Of a stretch of DNA of 64,000 nt, positions 10,061 through 19,929 are shown in pieces. The notes under the pieces were generated by a model. The model was given only the letters and a program-made list of their open reading frames with translations. It did no database searches and had not been told where the DNA came from. The stretch spans positions 156,287 through 220,286 of the forward strand of contig JACAFG010000005.1 of the NCBI GenBank assembly GCA_019352195.1. The letters run 5' to 3'. A program made the translations under genes and the position numbers. This DNA comes from Candidatus Saccharimonadota bacterium (GTDB lineage Bacteria > Patescibacteriota > Saccharimonadia > UBA4664). How positions within the stretch are numbered: position 1 is the first letter of the stretch; the number at the start of each line of letters is the position of its first letter.

Positions 10061-10064
10061 CAGA

Positions 10065-10706
10065 ATGAGTAATATTATTGCAGGCACCGTTGCCACTATT
10101 GGCGCGAGTTTGCTATTGGCCTCGAGCGGTGGGCACGCGGTGACACAGCCGTCCCCTACCCCGGCGGTTGTAACGCGCGCGCCCGTACCCACTCCGGCGC
10201 CAAAAACTTACACGGTGGCAAGTGGCGATAGTTTATCAGCTATTGCCTCAACCGAAGGGCTCGATTCGTGGCGACCATTATGGAACGTTAATACTGGTAT
10301 TTCCGACCCTAATCTAATCTACCCGAACCAGCAACTGACGATCCCGACGGCCCCTACGGTTGACCGCCCAGTTCCAGCTGAACAGGCTGCGACCGCAGCC
10401 GCGCTCGACCAAACCAGCGCTTACAATACGGCGGTGATTCAGCGCTCGGCTCCGACGCACGCAGTCACGTACGCAGCGGGTAGTGCAGGCATCTTCGCCC
10501 GCATCCGCGTCCGCGAATCCGGTGGCAACTACGCCGAGAACACTGGTAACGGTTATTACGGGGCTTACCAATACGATCTTGGTACCTGGGGTAATTACGA
10601 CGGTTACGCCCGCCCCGACTTGGCTCCGCCCGCAGTCCAAGACGCCAAAGCGGCCGCTACCTATGCCGCCCGCGGCTGTTCGCCCTGGCCCAACACCTGT
10701 TATTAG
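10065..10706 (+). CDS. secreted LysM + Rpf-like transglycosylase domain protein
   Basis: signal peptide; LysM (YTVASGDSLSAIAS); C-terminal ESGGNYAENTGNGYYGAYQY..GCSPWP resuscitation-promoting-factor-like motif. Confidence 0.7.
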   Translation: MSNIIAGTVATIGASLLLASSGGHAVTQPSPTPAVVTRAPVPTPAPKTYTVASGDSLSAIASTEGLDSWRPLWNVNTGISDPNLIYPNQQLTIPTAPTVDRPVPAEQAATAAALDQTSAYNTAVIQRSAPTHAVTYAAGSAGIFARIRVRESGGNYAENTGNGYYGAYQYDLGTWGNYDGYARPDLAPPAVQDAKAAATYAARGCSPWPNTCY

Positions 10707-10897
10707 ACAGGCCCATACCAAACAATGTCTTCATGCGGGAAAGAATGTAAAAAAAGAGCCCTTAGACCCCCTGATGAGCTGAACAATAACATATTTTACG
10801 AAAAGTTACAATACTTGCTGGAGAATACTAATAGGATTAAATAATGTTTGCAGGCTTATCTGCGGATATTGAAATAAGTTAATGCTTAACAGAGCTA

Positions 10898-11272
10898 TTA
10901 ACTAAGAATTTCTTTTACTACCGCCATGAGTTGACTGGGAATAATATCGGCCTTGACCAGATAGCCGTCAGCTTGAGATCTAATGGCTTCTTGGCTAGTT
11001 TTGTCTTGAGCGAGATTGGTAAGAATGATTATGCGCGTGGCATTAAAGCCTGGATTTTTACGCAGCTCGTGCAACACTTCAATGCCGGATTTACCAGGCA
11101 TCATAATGTCGAGCAAGATGAGGTCGTAAGACTTGGTGGCGCTTTTAGCTAAGGCTTCGAGGCCGTCGTAGGCAAAATCAACTTCGAAACCGGCCTTTAT
11201 AAGGAGCCTGGCGTACATTTCGCTAATCGGACGGTCGTCTTCAACGAACAGAATGGTCTTTGATCCAGCCAT
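10898..11272 (-). CDS. single-domain response regulator (receiver only)
   Basis: ILFVEDD..LLDIMMP..K; 124 aa; ATG at 11270-11272. Confidence 0.8.
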   Translation of the reverse strand: MAGSKTILFVEDDRPISEMYARLLIKAGFEVDFAYDGLEALAKSATKSYDLILLDIMMPGKSGIEVLHELRKNPGFNATRIIILTNLAQDKTSQEAIRSQADGYLVKADIIPSQLMAVVKEILS

Positions 11273-12770
11273 GAGCACCTCGTGTAGTTATCTTATTATG
11301 ACCAGCCTTATCACTCGGTGCAATTGGAGCCTGGGGCATGGTGAAGGAAAAGGTCGTCCCCTTGCCGACAGCCGTTATTACGCTAATCGTGCCGCCGTGG
11401 GCTTCCACGATTTGGCGACAGATAAACAGGCCGAGTCCAGTGCCGCGGGTGGGGTTGGTAAGCTCGTTGACCCGGTAAAATTTGGTGAAGAGCTTATTGA
11501 TGGCGCCTGGCGGAATGCCTTCGCCGTCATCACTAACGTGGGTCGTGATAAGACTGCCCGTTTGTTCGACGCTGACGACGACATGCCCCCCAGGCGCCGT
11601 ATGAATAAGGCCATTATCAACCAGATTTCGAATTATTTCGCGCAGGCCAACGGTGTCCGCCAAAATATTGGGGACCTGAGCGGGTAATTTGAGACTGACT
11701 TTGCGGCCGGTTAGCCGGCCGCGGTCTTCGAGGGCAGCCATTAATTCAATTAGAAACGCCCGGTAGTTGATAATTTCGGGCAGGTAATTAATTTCGCCGT
11801 GTTCGATGCGGGCCACGCTTAGTAGGTTGTTGATGAGACCTCCAAGCTGCTCCGCACTGGAGACAGCGTGATTAAGCAAGCTGGTTTCGTCTTTGGTCAG
11901 CCGCTTCAAGTCGTGGCGCAAAATATCCAGATAGCCGCGAACCTCGGTCAGCGGAGTTCGTAGTTCGTGAGCAGCTAGAGCCACAAAATCCACCTTCATC
12001 TCTTCAAGTTCATGGCCGGCCGTAACGTCATGAAAGGTAATAAGCGCGTCGATACCATTGGGATCGTGAGGCAAAACTACCGCCTGAACGTTGACATATA
12101 AGCTGGAGCCATCGGCGCGGTAGAGCTCGAGACCGTCCCACTGCCCCACTTTATGATCGGCGCCGCGCTCGGTGGCCAACCAGCGCGTCATCACCAGCTC
12201 CCCTTTTTGACGTAACGGGATGACTTTTTCGGCGAGTTGTCCACCAGCCTCCGCGATCGTACGGCCGGTTAACTTGGCGGCAGCGTGGTTAAACAAAATG
12301 ATGCGGCCAGCCGCGTCGAGGGCAAAGACTCCGTCGGTCATGGAGTTTAAGACGCCGCGAAGCTTGTTGCGTTCGGCCGCTACCAGATCACTTTGCGACT
12401 TCGTTTCGCTGAGCGTTTGTTCAAGTACGCGCGATAACTGGATGAGTGACAAGCCAATCTCGCCAAATTCGCCTTCCTGGTCGGTGTCGCCGGCGTGTAA
12501 AAAATTCCCGTCAGCTAGTTTGCTGACTGCATCATGAATGGTTCGGATGGGCCGCGTTAAGAGTTCAGCAAAAATAAAACTCAGGAGAACGGCCGGAATG
12601 ATCCCCAGCAGCATGACCGGTAAAATGAACGATTTGAAGCTGACGATGAGGACGGCAGTGTTGGAGCTGCTTGTCTGAAGATACCAAACCGCGGCCACAA
12701 CTAAGGCCGGAATGAGTGACACAATAAAGAACAGCGCGAGGGTTTGACGTTTAAAAGCGGTTGGTTGCAT
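11241..12770 (-). CDS. sensor histidine kinase (2 TM, HAMP, PAS, HisKA, HATPase_c)
   Basis: H-box AHELRTPL; DNGLIHT, DDGEGI, GTGLGL boxes. Confidence 0.85.
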   Translation of the reverse strand: MQPTAFKRQTLALFFIVSLIPALVVAAVWYLQTSSSNTAVLIVSFKSFILPVMLLGIIPAVLLSFIFAELLTRPIRTIHDAVSKLADGNFLHAGDTDQEGEFGEIGLSLIQLSRVLEQTLSETKSQSDLVAAERNKLRGVLNSMTDGVFALDAAGRIILFNHAAAKLTGRTIAEAGGQLAEKVIPLRQKGELVMTRWLATERGADHKVGQWDGLELYRADGSSLYVNVQAVVLPHDPNGIDALITFHDVTAGHELEEMKVDFVALAAHELRTPLTEVRGYLDILRHDLKRLTKDETSLLNHAVSSAEQLGGLINNLLSVARIEHGEINYLPEIINYRAFLIELMAALEDRGRLTGRKVSLKLPAQVPNILADTVGLREIIRNLVDNGLIHTAPGGHVVVSVEQTGSLITTHVSDDGEGIPPGAINKLFTKFYRVNELTNPTRGTGLGLFICRQIVEAHGGTISVITAVGKGTTFSFTMPQAPIAPSDKAGHNKITTRGAHGWIKDHSVR

Positions 12771-12841
12771 GTCATAATTCTAATGCTTAGGTGCAGCAAT
12801 AGCCAGTAATGGTAAGATAGAGTGATAACGGAGTTTCGGGT

Positions 12842-13324
12842 ATGGGTACGCGAGTACTGATTGTGGCTGGAAGTATCATTGTAATAATTGCGGTTATTGG
12901 AGGAGTAGTTATGTTAAACGGTAGCAACAGCAACACATCTAAGTCGACGGCCTCGCCCAGCGCGAGTCCCGTCGCCAACGCCTCTGCCAGCTCGTCGCCG
13001 TCGGCGTTGCAGTCGACCGACGTGGTTGTTGGTACCGGTGCCGAAGCGCAGGTTGGCAGTACCATTACGGTGAAATACACGGGTACGTTAGCTGATGGTA
13101 CCGTGTTTGATTCTACCGACAAGCAAGGCGGCACGCCGGCGACCTTTACGTTGGCGCAAGGTCAGCTGATTGATGGTTGGGTTCAGGGTATTCCGGGGAT
13201 GAAAGTTGGCGGTACCCGCAAACTGGTTATTCCAGCCAGCCTCGGCTATGGCTCTCAGTCGGTCGGCTCAATTCCGCCGAACTCAACCCTCGTCTTTACG
13301 ATTGAGTTGGTCGGCGTTAAGTAG
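12842..13324 (+). CDS. FKBP-type peptidyl-prolyl cis-trans isomerase, membrane anchored
   Basis: VKYTGTLADGTVFDS..GWVQGIPGMKVGG..IPASLGYG FKBP signature. Confidence 0.8.
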   Translation: MGTRVLIVAGSIIVIIAVIGGVVMLNGSNSNTSKSTASPSASPVANASASSSPSALQSTDVVVGTGAEAQVGSTITVKYTGTLADGTVFDSTDKQGGTPATFTLAQGQLIDGWVQGIPGMKVGGTRKLVIPASLGYGSQSVGSIPPNSTLVFTIELVGVK

Positions 13325-13346
13325 CCGCCTTGCGCGTAGTTCAAAA

Positions 13347-13371
13347 AGGGCAGCAACGAGCTGCCTTTTTT
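13347..13371. terminator. bidirectional intrinsic terminator
   Basis: AAAAAGGGCAGCaacgaGCTGCCTTTTTT between convergent genes. Confidence 0.7.
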
Positions 13372-13376
13372 GATGG

Positions 13377-14000
13377 TTAATCTTGACGATGAGTGTCGCA
13401 GAAGACTGACGTGTGGCCCTGAGAACATAGGCTGTAGCCGACGATGTCACCGATCTTGTATGGCGTAACCGGGAGTTTGACACCCGTGGTATTGGTGACC
13501 AGGCGGATTTCGACGGGAATTGTACCGCGGCCGAGGCTATCAACTACCTGGAAGGCGCCCCGGGATAAGTCGATCACGCGGCCGGTCCAGGCTTCGGGGC
13601 CGTAATCGTTGACGTGACAAATGACGTTGTGGCCGTTGTACAGGTCGGTAACCCGCAGATAACTGCCGCGTGGGAAGGTTCGTGAGGCGCAGGTAATGGC
13701 GTCGGGCTGAGGTAAGCCGTAAGCGTACCACGAGCCGCGACCGACCTGATCAGCGGCACCCGGGGCCTTGGTAACTGGCGTCGGCGTGGAAGGTGCCACA
13801 ATGAGCTGCCCGGCGCTCGGGCCGTGGACGGCCACCGTTACGACTGGTTTAGTGACGGCAATGGCGTAAGCCACGGCGCCCATTGATACTGAGGCGAGCA
13901 AGATGGCAAACCCACGCAAAATGTGGCGAGAGGTCTTACGCTTGACTAACTTTTTTTTGGTGACGAGATGCGTGATCCGTCGTTTTGTTTTAGCCTTCAT
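13377..14000 (-). CDS. 3D-domain (MltA/RlpA-like barrel) secreted protein
   Basis: C-terminal 3D domain (..NGHNVICHVNDYGP..GRVIDLSRGAF..); N-terminal K/R-rich TM anchor; start at ATG 13998-14000. Confidence 0.6.
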   Translation of the reverse strand: MKAKTKRRITHLVTKKKLVKRKTSRHILRGFAILLASVSMGAVAYAIAVTKPVVTVAVHGPSAGQLIVAPSTPTPVTKAPGAADQVGRGSWYAYGLPQPDAITCASRTFPRGSYLRVTDLYNGHNVICHVNDYGPEAWTGRVIDLSRGAFQVVDSLGRGTIPVEIRLVTNTTGVKLPVTPYKIGDIVGYSLCSQGHTSVFCDTHRQD

Positions 14001-14092
14001 TTGCCACCACCCTACCATAAGCGTTATAAAAGGGCAAGTTTTAGGGCGGCCGGAGAATTCCGGCCGCCCTAAGCGGTGATGGGGCCGCTTAA

Positions 14093-14770
14093 CTACGGTG
14101 CTGCCTGAACGCTCAGGCGGTCCAGCTTGACACGCAGCCGATCGCCGGCTGACTTCCATGCCAAATTGCTGAACAGCTCGTTGGCCCGGTTGAGGTGCGT
14201 ACGGGCTGGTGCGGTCAGACCTAAGGCAGTCTGGCGATTGGCGGCGGCCAGGTGATAGCAGCAGGACGCGATGGCAAAATGCAGCCACGCCTGATTGGGG
14301 ATCACGGCTGCGCAGCGATCGGAGCGCAGCGACTCCTCATAGGCGACAACTGCGCGTTCGTAGCTCTCAGCGATTTCGAGCTTGAGGCCACCGCGCAGGC
14401 ACGGGTCGATGAAGGGCTCGATTTGTGACCGAATCCAGTCGAACCGGTTGGCTTTGGCGATTGTCTGGGCTCGAAGCGCGTTGCGTTGGCTACGGTGGAG
14501 GTCGCCGGCTCGCTGCCATAGGAGAGCCAGATCGAGATAGCGCAAGACTTCCGAAACCGATTCATCGTCGGTCGTCAGCTTGGCCAAATATGAACGCGAG
14601 GCGGCGTGATAGTCGTTCCAGGCGCGAACCAATTCGTTGGGATCGGAGCCGTACTTGGTGGCTCTGCGGAGCGCGAACAGAAGACGGTCCTGTTCGACAT
14701 CGAGCACGGCGGGATCGAACTGATATTCCTGGAGCACATCGAGGATGAATAAGGGCTCGTTCATGCGCAT
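14093..14770 (-). CDS. hypothetical protein
   Basis: 225-aa ORF, no recognised motif. Confidence 0.45.
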   Translation of the reverse strand: MRMNEPLFILDVLQEYQFDPAVLDVEQDRLLFALRRATKYGSDPNELVRAWNDYHAASRSYLAKLTTDDESVSEVLRYLDLALLWQRAGDLHRSQRNALRAQTIAKANRFDWIRSQIEPFIDPCLRGGLKLEIAESYERAVVAYEESLRSDRCAAVIPNQAWLHFAIASCCYHLAAANRQTALGLTAPARTHLNRANELFSNLAWKSAGDRLRVKLDRLSVQAAP

Positions 14771-14835
14771 CTCCTTTCTGGTCGGCGAGATGAGACGGCG
14801 GAAGCGATGCCTATTTATACCATATTTTGGCGGCG

Positions 14836-15996
14836 TTAGTAGCTAACGGCATTGCCGATCGGGACGATTTCGTACCAGGTGTTGCCGGCATCGAGGGCAA
14901 TTGCCGTGCCAGAGGCATCGGTGAGCTGTGTACGAGCGTTGTGAGAGGCTTTACTCCAAGTTCCCTCTGCCGCGCCCCCGTCGCGTAGTACGGTGGCTCT
15001 GCCGGAGCCTACGGTGGGCATATTGATGTACTGCGAGTCGTGTGGCGCGGGGGTGTAGGTTATGGGCATATATTCAATGACGATATTTTTAACGGTAATG
15101 GGCTGGCCCGTATTGCGATCGACGTGCGGGACTCCACCCAGATAGCGAATATAGCTATTGATGGTCGGCGCGTAACGATACTGAACGGCGTAGGCACCGG
15201 AGCTAAAATTAATGCTAATGGTGGTATGCGTCGGGGTGGTCATGGGCGCGTCGGGTTGGCGTGGTGAGGGCGTAAAACTGGGGGCTTTGGTGTAGCCATG
15301 TCTGGCGTTGATGGCGTCGAGCAAAGCGCTTGACGTGTATAAATTGTGAGGCGCGTAGCGATCTGAGGTGCGGTAGTACGTGGGAGCACCAATCACTAAA
15401 GCGTTGAGATCGAGGACCCCGAGCGGTCCGACAAGATTCAGTGCGTCACTGGAGCCACCGGCGTGGCTAAGCGAGGCGCCAAATTCCAAGGCCCAGTCAA
15501 TGTAATACGGTCGCAAGCTCCGGACGGGACCAATGCTGGATGGCTGCTGATCGCCAAATAACGCCAGAAAACGGGTAATGCCGCCTTCAGCCAAGGCCTC
15601 ATAAACCACGCCGGCTTGGCTCAAGCCCGACTGAGGGCGCGCGTCGGGATATAAGTTCTCAATCATGACGGCGGAAATAGGGCGGGCAGCCAAAGCCGGT
15701 TCAACGGGCAGACCGGTGAGCGGTGCTGGCACGGTGGTGGGAGTTGGGGTTGGCGTGGGGGTGGGAACCGGGGTTTTGGTTGGTACGACGGCGGCTTGTT
15801 TGGGAGCTGGTTTGAGCACAGCGTAGGTGGCGGCTCCCCCGGCCAACAATAGAACTATGATCACAGGCGCAAGCCATTTCCAACTGTGCTTAAGCCAGCC
15901 TTTGAAACCAGGCTCTGACTGCGTGATAGCCTCGCCGACAGTAAGATCTTTGTTCGGCGTAGTGAGTTCGTTCGTACTGGTCTTGATAGGGTCCAT
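14836..15996 (-). CDS. DUF3048 (YerB-like) membrane-anchored protein with Pro/Thr linker
   Basis: ISAVMIENLYPDARPQSGLSQAGVVYEALAEGGITRFLALF matches DUF3048 core. Confidence 0.6.
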   Translation of the reverse strand: MDPIKTSTNELTTPNKDLTVGEAITQSEPGFKGWLKHSWKWLAPVIIVLLLAGGAATYAVLKPAPKQAAVVPTKTPVPTPTPTPTPTTVPAPLTGLPVEPALAARPISAVMIENLYPDARPQSGLSQAGVVYEALAEGGITRFLALFGDQQPSSIGPVRSLRPYYIDWALEFGASLSHAGGSSDALNLVGPLGVLDLNALVIGAPTYYRTSDRYAPHNLYTSSALLDAINARHGYTKAPSFTPSPRQPDAPMTTPTHTTISINFSSGAYAVQYRYAPTINSYIRYLGGVPHVDRNTGQPITVKNIVIEYMPITYTPAPHDSQYINMPTVGSGRATVLRDGGAAEGTWSKASHNARTQLTDASGTAIALDAGNTWYEIVPIGNAVSY

Positions 15997-16271
15997 AACT
16001 CTACCCTATCATCGCGGTTATGGTTCGACAACATTTCTGAGAATAATACCCAAGTGAAAGGCCCCGCAAGCGGAGCCAGTCACCCTTGCGGGTGGAGCTC
16101 CGGCTGCGGGGCCGGCGGAACGGGATCAGCACATGGTGACGGTCGCGATGGGGGCCATAATAACCTCTTTCGAGTCGAGGGAGGTGAAGATGAATCAAGG
16201 TTCGGTGAACTCAGGCTATAGTATTATAGCATAACAACTTTATAATTGCAATATGTTGGCTGTCGCAACGA

Positions 16272-16296
16272 AAAAGACTCCCGGAGGAGTCTTTTT
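16272..16296. terminator. intrinsic terminator hairpin
   Basis: AAAAAGACTCCcggaGGAGTCTTTTT. Confidence 0.7.
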
Positions 16297-16321
16297 CGAA
16301 TACTAGTCTTGCGACCGGAAA

Positions 16322-16561
16322 TTATTCGACGGGAGCGTCGAGCTTGTCCCAGTCGGCCTGACCAACAAACTTGGTGAGGTTGCGGCCGTCGTACTTGCCA
16401 CGCAGGGCGTAACGTACCTGAACTTTACCCTCTTTGGTGGTGCGCTCGTACTTGGTCTTGGAAACGTCGGACTCTGGAACTTCGACGGACTGGCGGGTCT
16501 TTACGTCATAAAACGAAATGGCCATGGCTGATTTAACCTCACTTACGTTAAGTGTTTGCAT
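16322..16561 (-). CDS. small hypothetical protein
   Basis: 79-aa ORF followed by terminator. Confidence 0.4.
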   Translation of the reverse strand: MQTLNVSEVKSAMAISFYDVKTRQSVEVPESDVSKTKYERTTKEGKVQVRYALRGKYDGRNLTKFVGQADWDKLDAPVE

Positions 16562-16594
16562 GATAGGCTAGGCGAAACCCGCTTGTCAAACCTC

Positions 16595-18025
16595 TCAAGG
16601 TGTCAAAACTGTCAAAGCGGCTTGGAGACGTCGTTTTGAGGCCTCTTGACCAAGTACGAAAAGAGTTTCAAATAGTCCCGGGGCGGCAGTTCTGCCGGTA
16701 ATACTAACGCGGATGATACCGAATAGAATGCCTGCCTTAAGCCCTAATTGGTCGACTAAGGGTCGGATAGCTGCCTCTAAGGTGCTTTCGCTCCAATGGT
16801 CTGGTAATACCACGATTATTTGCTCTAACGCCTGTTTTGCAATTTCTGGTTCGAGATTTTTTGTAAGCACATTTTTATCGAGTTTGGGGTCTTCAAAAAA
16901 GAAATCGGTCAGCTCCGGAAGCTCGTTGAGGGTTTTGAGTCGTTCCTGGACGAGCGCCAAGACTGACTCACGGTAGCTGGCTGGATAGGCGCTGGCAGCA
17001 GCGGGCCAGAAGGGCTCACAGCGCTGGTTTAGCTTGGCTAGCGGTAGCTGGCGAATGAGGAGGCCGTTCATCCAGGTCAGGCGCTCCTTATCGAATTTAG
17101 CGGGGCTTTTTTGGATGCGATCGAGCGTAAAGTTCTCGATGAGTTCGGGCGTCGAATACACTTCTTGGGTCGTGCCGTCGTTCCAGCCCAGGGAGGCTAA
17201 AAAGCTACGCAAAGCTTCCGGCAAGTAGCCTTCGTCAATGTATTCCTGCACGCTTTGGGCCCCGTCACGCTTGGATAGTTTTTTGTTACCGGTGGGTCCC
17301 AGGACGGCCGGCAAGTGAGCGTAAACGGGCGCATCCCAACCAAAAGCGGCAAATAAGAGTAAATGCTTAGGGGTGCTGGGAATCCACTCGTCGGCGCGCA
17401 TAACATGACTGATTTTCATTTCATAATCGTCGACCACGTTGGCAAAGTGATACGTGGGATAACTGTCGGCTTTGATGGCCACAAAATCGTCGAGTTCGGT
17501 AGTTTTGAATTCGAGGTGACCACGGACGGCATCGTCCCAGCCGACGACGAGCGGGACCTTGGGAATCATAAAACGCAGCACGTGCGGCTCGTCGAGTGAC
17601 TTTTGATGCGCCGGAGTGAGGCAATGGCGATCGTATTTGAAGGCCACACCGGCCGCTTGCGCCTGTTCTCGCAACGCCGTGAGACGCTCTGGACTGCACC
17701 AGCACGGGTACAGCGCGCCGCTTTGGACGAGCTTGTCAGCGTGCCCATTATAAACTTCCAGGCGTTCAGACTGGAGATACGGGCCGTACGAGCCGCCTTG
17801 GGATGGGCCTTCATCAGGCGTAATCCCGAGCGCGTCGAGACTAGCCACGATTTGGGCTAAGGCCCCGTCGACCAAGCGCGCCCGGTCGGTATCTTCAACG
17901 CGCAGCACAAACGTACCATCATTGTGGCGCGCCCATAACCAGTTAAACAGCGCGGAGCGAATGCTGCCGACGTGGAGATAACCAGTTGGGCTGGGAGCAA
18001 AGCGGACGCGTACGGCTTTTGACAT
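16595..18025 (-). CDS. gltX: glutamyl-tRNA synthetase
   Basis: HIGH (PTGYLHVGS) and KMSKS (KLSKR) class I motifs; start at ATG 18023-18025. Confidence 0.9.
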   Translation of the reverse strand: MSKAVRVRFAPSPTGYLHVGSIRSALFNWLWARHNDGTFVLRVEDTDRARLVDGALAQIVASLDALGITPDEGPSQGGSYGPYLQSERLEVYNGHADKLVQSGALYPCWCSPERLTALREQAQAAGVAFKYDRHCLTPAHQKSLDEPHVLRFMIPKVPLVVGWDDAVRGHLEFKTTELDDFVAIKADSYPTYHFANVVDDYEMKISHVMRADEWIPSTPKHLLLFAAFGWDAPVYAHLPAVLGPTGNKKLSKRDGAQSVQEYIDEGYLPEALRSFLASLGWNDGTTQEVYSTPELIENFTLDRIQKSPAKFDKERLTWMNGLLIRQLPLAKLNQRCEPFWPAAASAYPASYRESVLALVQERLKTLNELPELTDFFFEDPKLDKNVLTKNLEPEIAKQALEQIIVVLPDHWSESTLEAAIRPLVDQLGLKAGILFGIIRVSITGRTAAPGLFETLFVLGQEASKRRLQAALTVLTP

Positions 18026-18278
18026 AGCTTGTAGTATACCAAATGGAATCGCCACTAGCAAAAGGCGATGTTTTGCGAGACTCTCGCTTTGAACGTGTGG
18101 CCGCAGGTCGGGCCCTTCACCGTTCGCTTGGGTGTTGAGCCCGGAATACTGAAGAATGAGCCACCGAAACTGCCCAGGAAACCGTTGTTGTTTCCCGTAA
18201 CAATACGCCAATCTCTCGGGTTGGCTGGATGGTAGCCGGAAGTATAAGGCCAAGGTTGCTACCGATCAAGAGGCAGGG

Positions 18279-18647
18279 TTATAACCCCAAGGCGGATGGG
18301 TCGAGCTTCACCCACTCGCCCCCGTCGTCTTTGTAGTAATTGGTGTGGCGCGCGGTTTCGTGCGCGTCATAAATTGTTTCGTAACGCAGTTCGGCGCCGA
18401 CGCGTCGGCCGCCAATGGCCTTCTTGTCGATAATAGCGGGGCCGGTAATACGCTCGAGACGATATTTGTCGCCGTCACGCGTAAATTCGATAAAGGCGAC
18501 TTGTTCTGTGAGATCGAGATGATCGGCAATTGGCCTGTTGAGGCGGCCATGGTTGTCGAGGCCAAAATTGCCTTCAATGGCGTCTACAATGCGATCCCAG
18601 CTGGTGTCGTCGTGCATGAGTGGCTCCTGTTTGGGACATTTTAGCAC
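18279..18647 (-). CDS. hypothetical protein
   Basis: ORF only. Confidence 0.35.
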   Translation of the reverse strand: MLKCPKQEPLMHDDTSWDRIVDAIEGNFGLDNHGRLNRPIADHLDLTEQVAFIEFTRDGDKYRLERITGPAIIDKKAIGGRRVGAELRYETIYDAHETARHTNYYKDDGGEWVKLDPSALGL

Positions 18648-18730
18648 TTTTGAATCATTGGGGTTGGGCCGGGCACAATAAATGACAATTATGGCGTCAG
18701 CTTTAAGCGGCGCCGAGGCGACTTCAGCGC

Positions 18731-19855
18731 TTACAGGCCGTAGGCGATCTTTAGCACCTGATCGCGGCTGAGGCGCGCGGTGCCTTTAATGGTGTACCAA
18801 ATGCCGTGGTTAACCCAGGCAGCTTGGTTGTTGTTAAACATGTAGATCGTCAGACCCTGCCCGTCGATTGATGAATAGTTGGAGTCGGCGCCGGCGACGT
18901 AGTTATCGAGTAATGATTTTGAATCCCAGGTGGTACGTTGTTGCGCGATGGTGAGGTTGCTCGCTTGGCTGGGGCTCTTAAAGCTCAGGGTGAGGAGACC
19001 GGGCTCGGCTGAGGTGCTCGCGAGTGTATAACTGGTTGGCAAATAGCTGGGGTCGGTGGCGGCAACGCCAGCTTTGGTAGCGGCCGCTTGAATGGTGAGT
19101 TTGGGGTAGTTTTGCAGCCAAACGTATCCGGCCATGATGGCGACAGCGCCGGCAACGCCCGCGTACTGCTGCCATTTGGGACCTGGTTTGGGGTCATTTT
19201 GCGCTGGAGCCGCGGCAGGCACGAGTGGAGCCAAAGTTTGATGGGCCGTGATAGCGGCAGCGGGAGCAATCATCGTATCGGGCACGCGAGGGGTGGGCTG
19301 CGGCTGGTCTTCGGGCTGGACCAAACGGCTTTCGGGTTTACCAAAGCGCGAAATATGTTCGCTTTTACCGACGCTTTTGGCGCGCTCGAGCCGGGCGGCC
19401 ATAATCGGGGCTTCGTGACCGTGCTGGCGCGGCGCGCGAGGGTGGCCGGCGACAACGGGCTGCGAGCTGGCGGTAACGGCTGGAGCGGCCGCGACGACTG
19501 CTGGTGCCGCGACTGGTGGCGGCGGAGGGGCGGCTACGGCGGCGGGCTCGTCGGGAACGTGTACCGTGCCGCGTGGCTTGGGGGTTACCACCGGGCGTCG
19601 CAGGTCGAGCGACCGAGTGGGACTGACCGTGGTTTGGCGATGTAAGTTGTGCGCAGTGGTGCCGCGGGCACTTACCACCGGCGATCCGCCACGCGTAAAA
19701 TCCATGCTGCGCGGCTTGGTAACGGGGGCTGCGGCAGCTGCCGACGGGCTCCCGGCCGCAATGCGGCTACCACACAGCGCGCAGTACTGCGAGGTTCCAA
19801 TAGTAACCGCGGTTGTTTGGCGCTGACACGTTTCGCAGGTCACGGTTTCCGGCAC
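18731..19855 (-). CDS. zinc-ribbon / proline-rich membrane protein with extracytoplasmic C-terminal domain
   Basis: N-terminal CxxC..CxxC, long Pro/Ala-rich segment, one TM, ~130-aa C-terminal domain. Confidence 0.5.
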   Translation of the reverse strand: MPETVTCETCQRQTTAVTIGTSQYCALCGSRIAAGSPSAAAAAPVTKPRSMDFTRGGSPVVSARGTTAHNLHRQTTVSPTRSLDLRRPVVTPKPRGTVHVPDEPAAVAAPPPPPVAAPAVVAAAPAVTASSQPVVAGHPRAPRQHGHEAPIMAARLERAKSVGKSEHISRFGKPESRLVQPEDQPQPTPRVPDTMIAPAAAITAHQTLAPLVPAAAPAQNDPKPGPKWQQYAGVAGAVAIMAGYVWLQNYPKLTIQAAATKAGVAATDPSYLPTSYTLASTSAEPGLLTLSFKSPSQASNLTIAQQRTTWDSKSLLDNYVAGADSNYSSIDGQGLTIYMFNNNQAAWVNHGIWYTIKGTARLSRDQVLKIAYGL

Positions 19856-19929
19856 ACCCTTTATTACGCTTATGTTACAACAAAACGTGGGGGTTTGGGA
19901 AGACGCACGTGTAGTGCCGCTTGCCTACC

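Noticed and set aside
14040-14085. GC-rich hairpin GGGCGGCCGGagaattCCGGCCGCCC as terminator
   Set aside because: Not followed by a U-run on either strand; may be a structural or REP-like hairpin instead.
18026-18278. Possible T-box leader upstream of gltX
   Set aside because: Only a partial GGTGGCTC resemblance to the T-box consensus (AGGGTGGNACCGCG); no convincing specifier or antiterminator could be drawn by eye.
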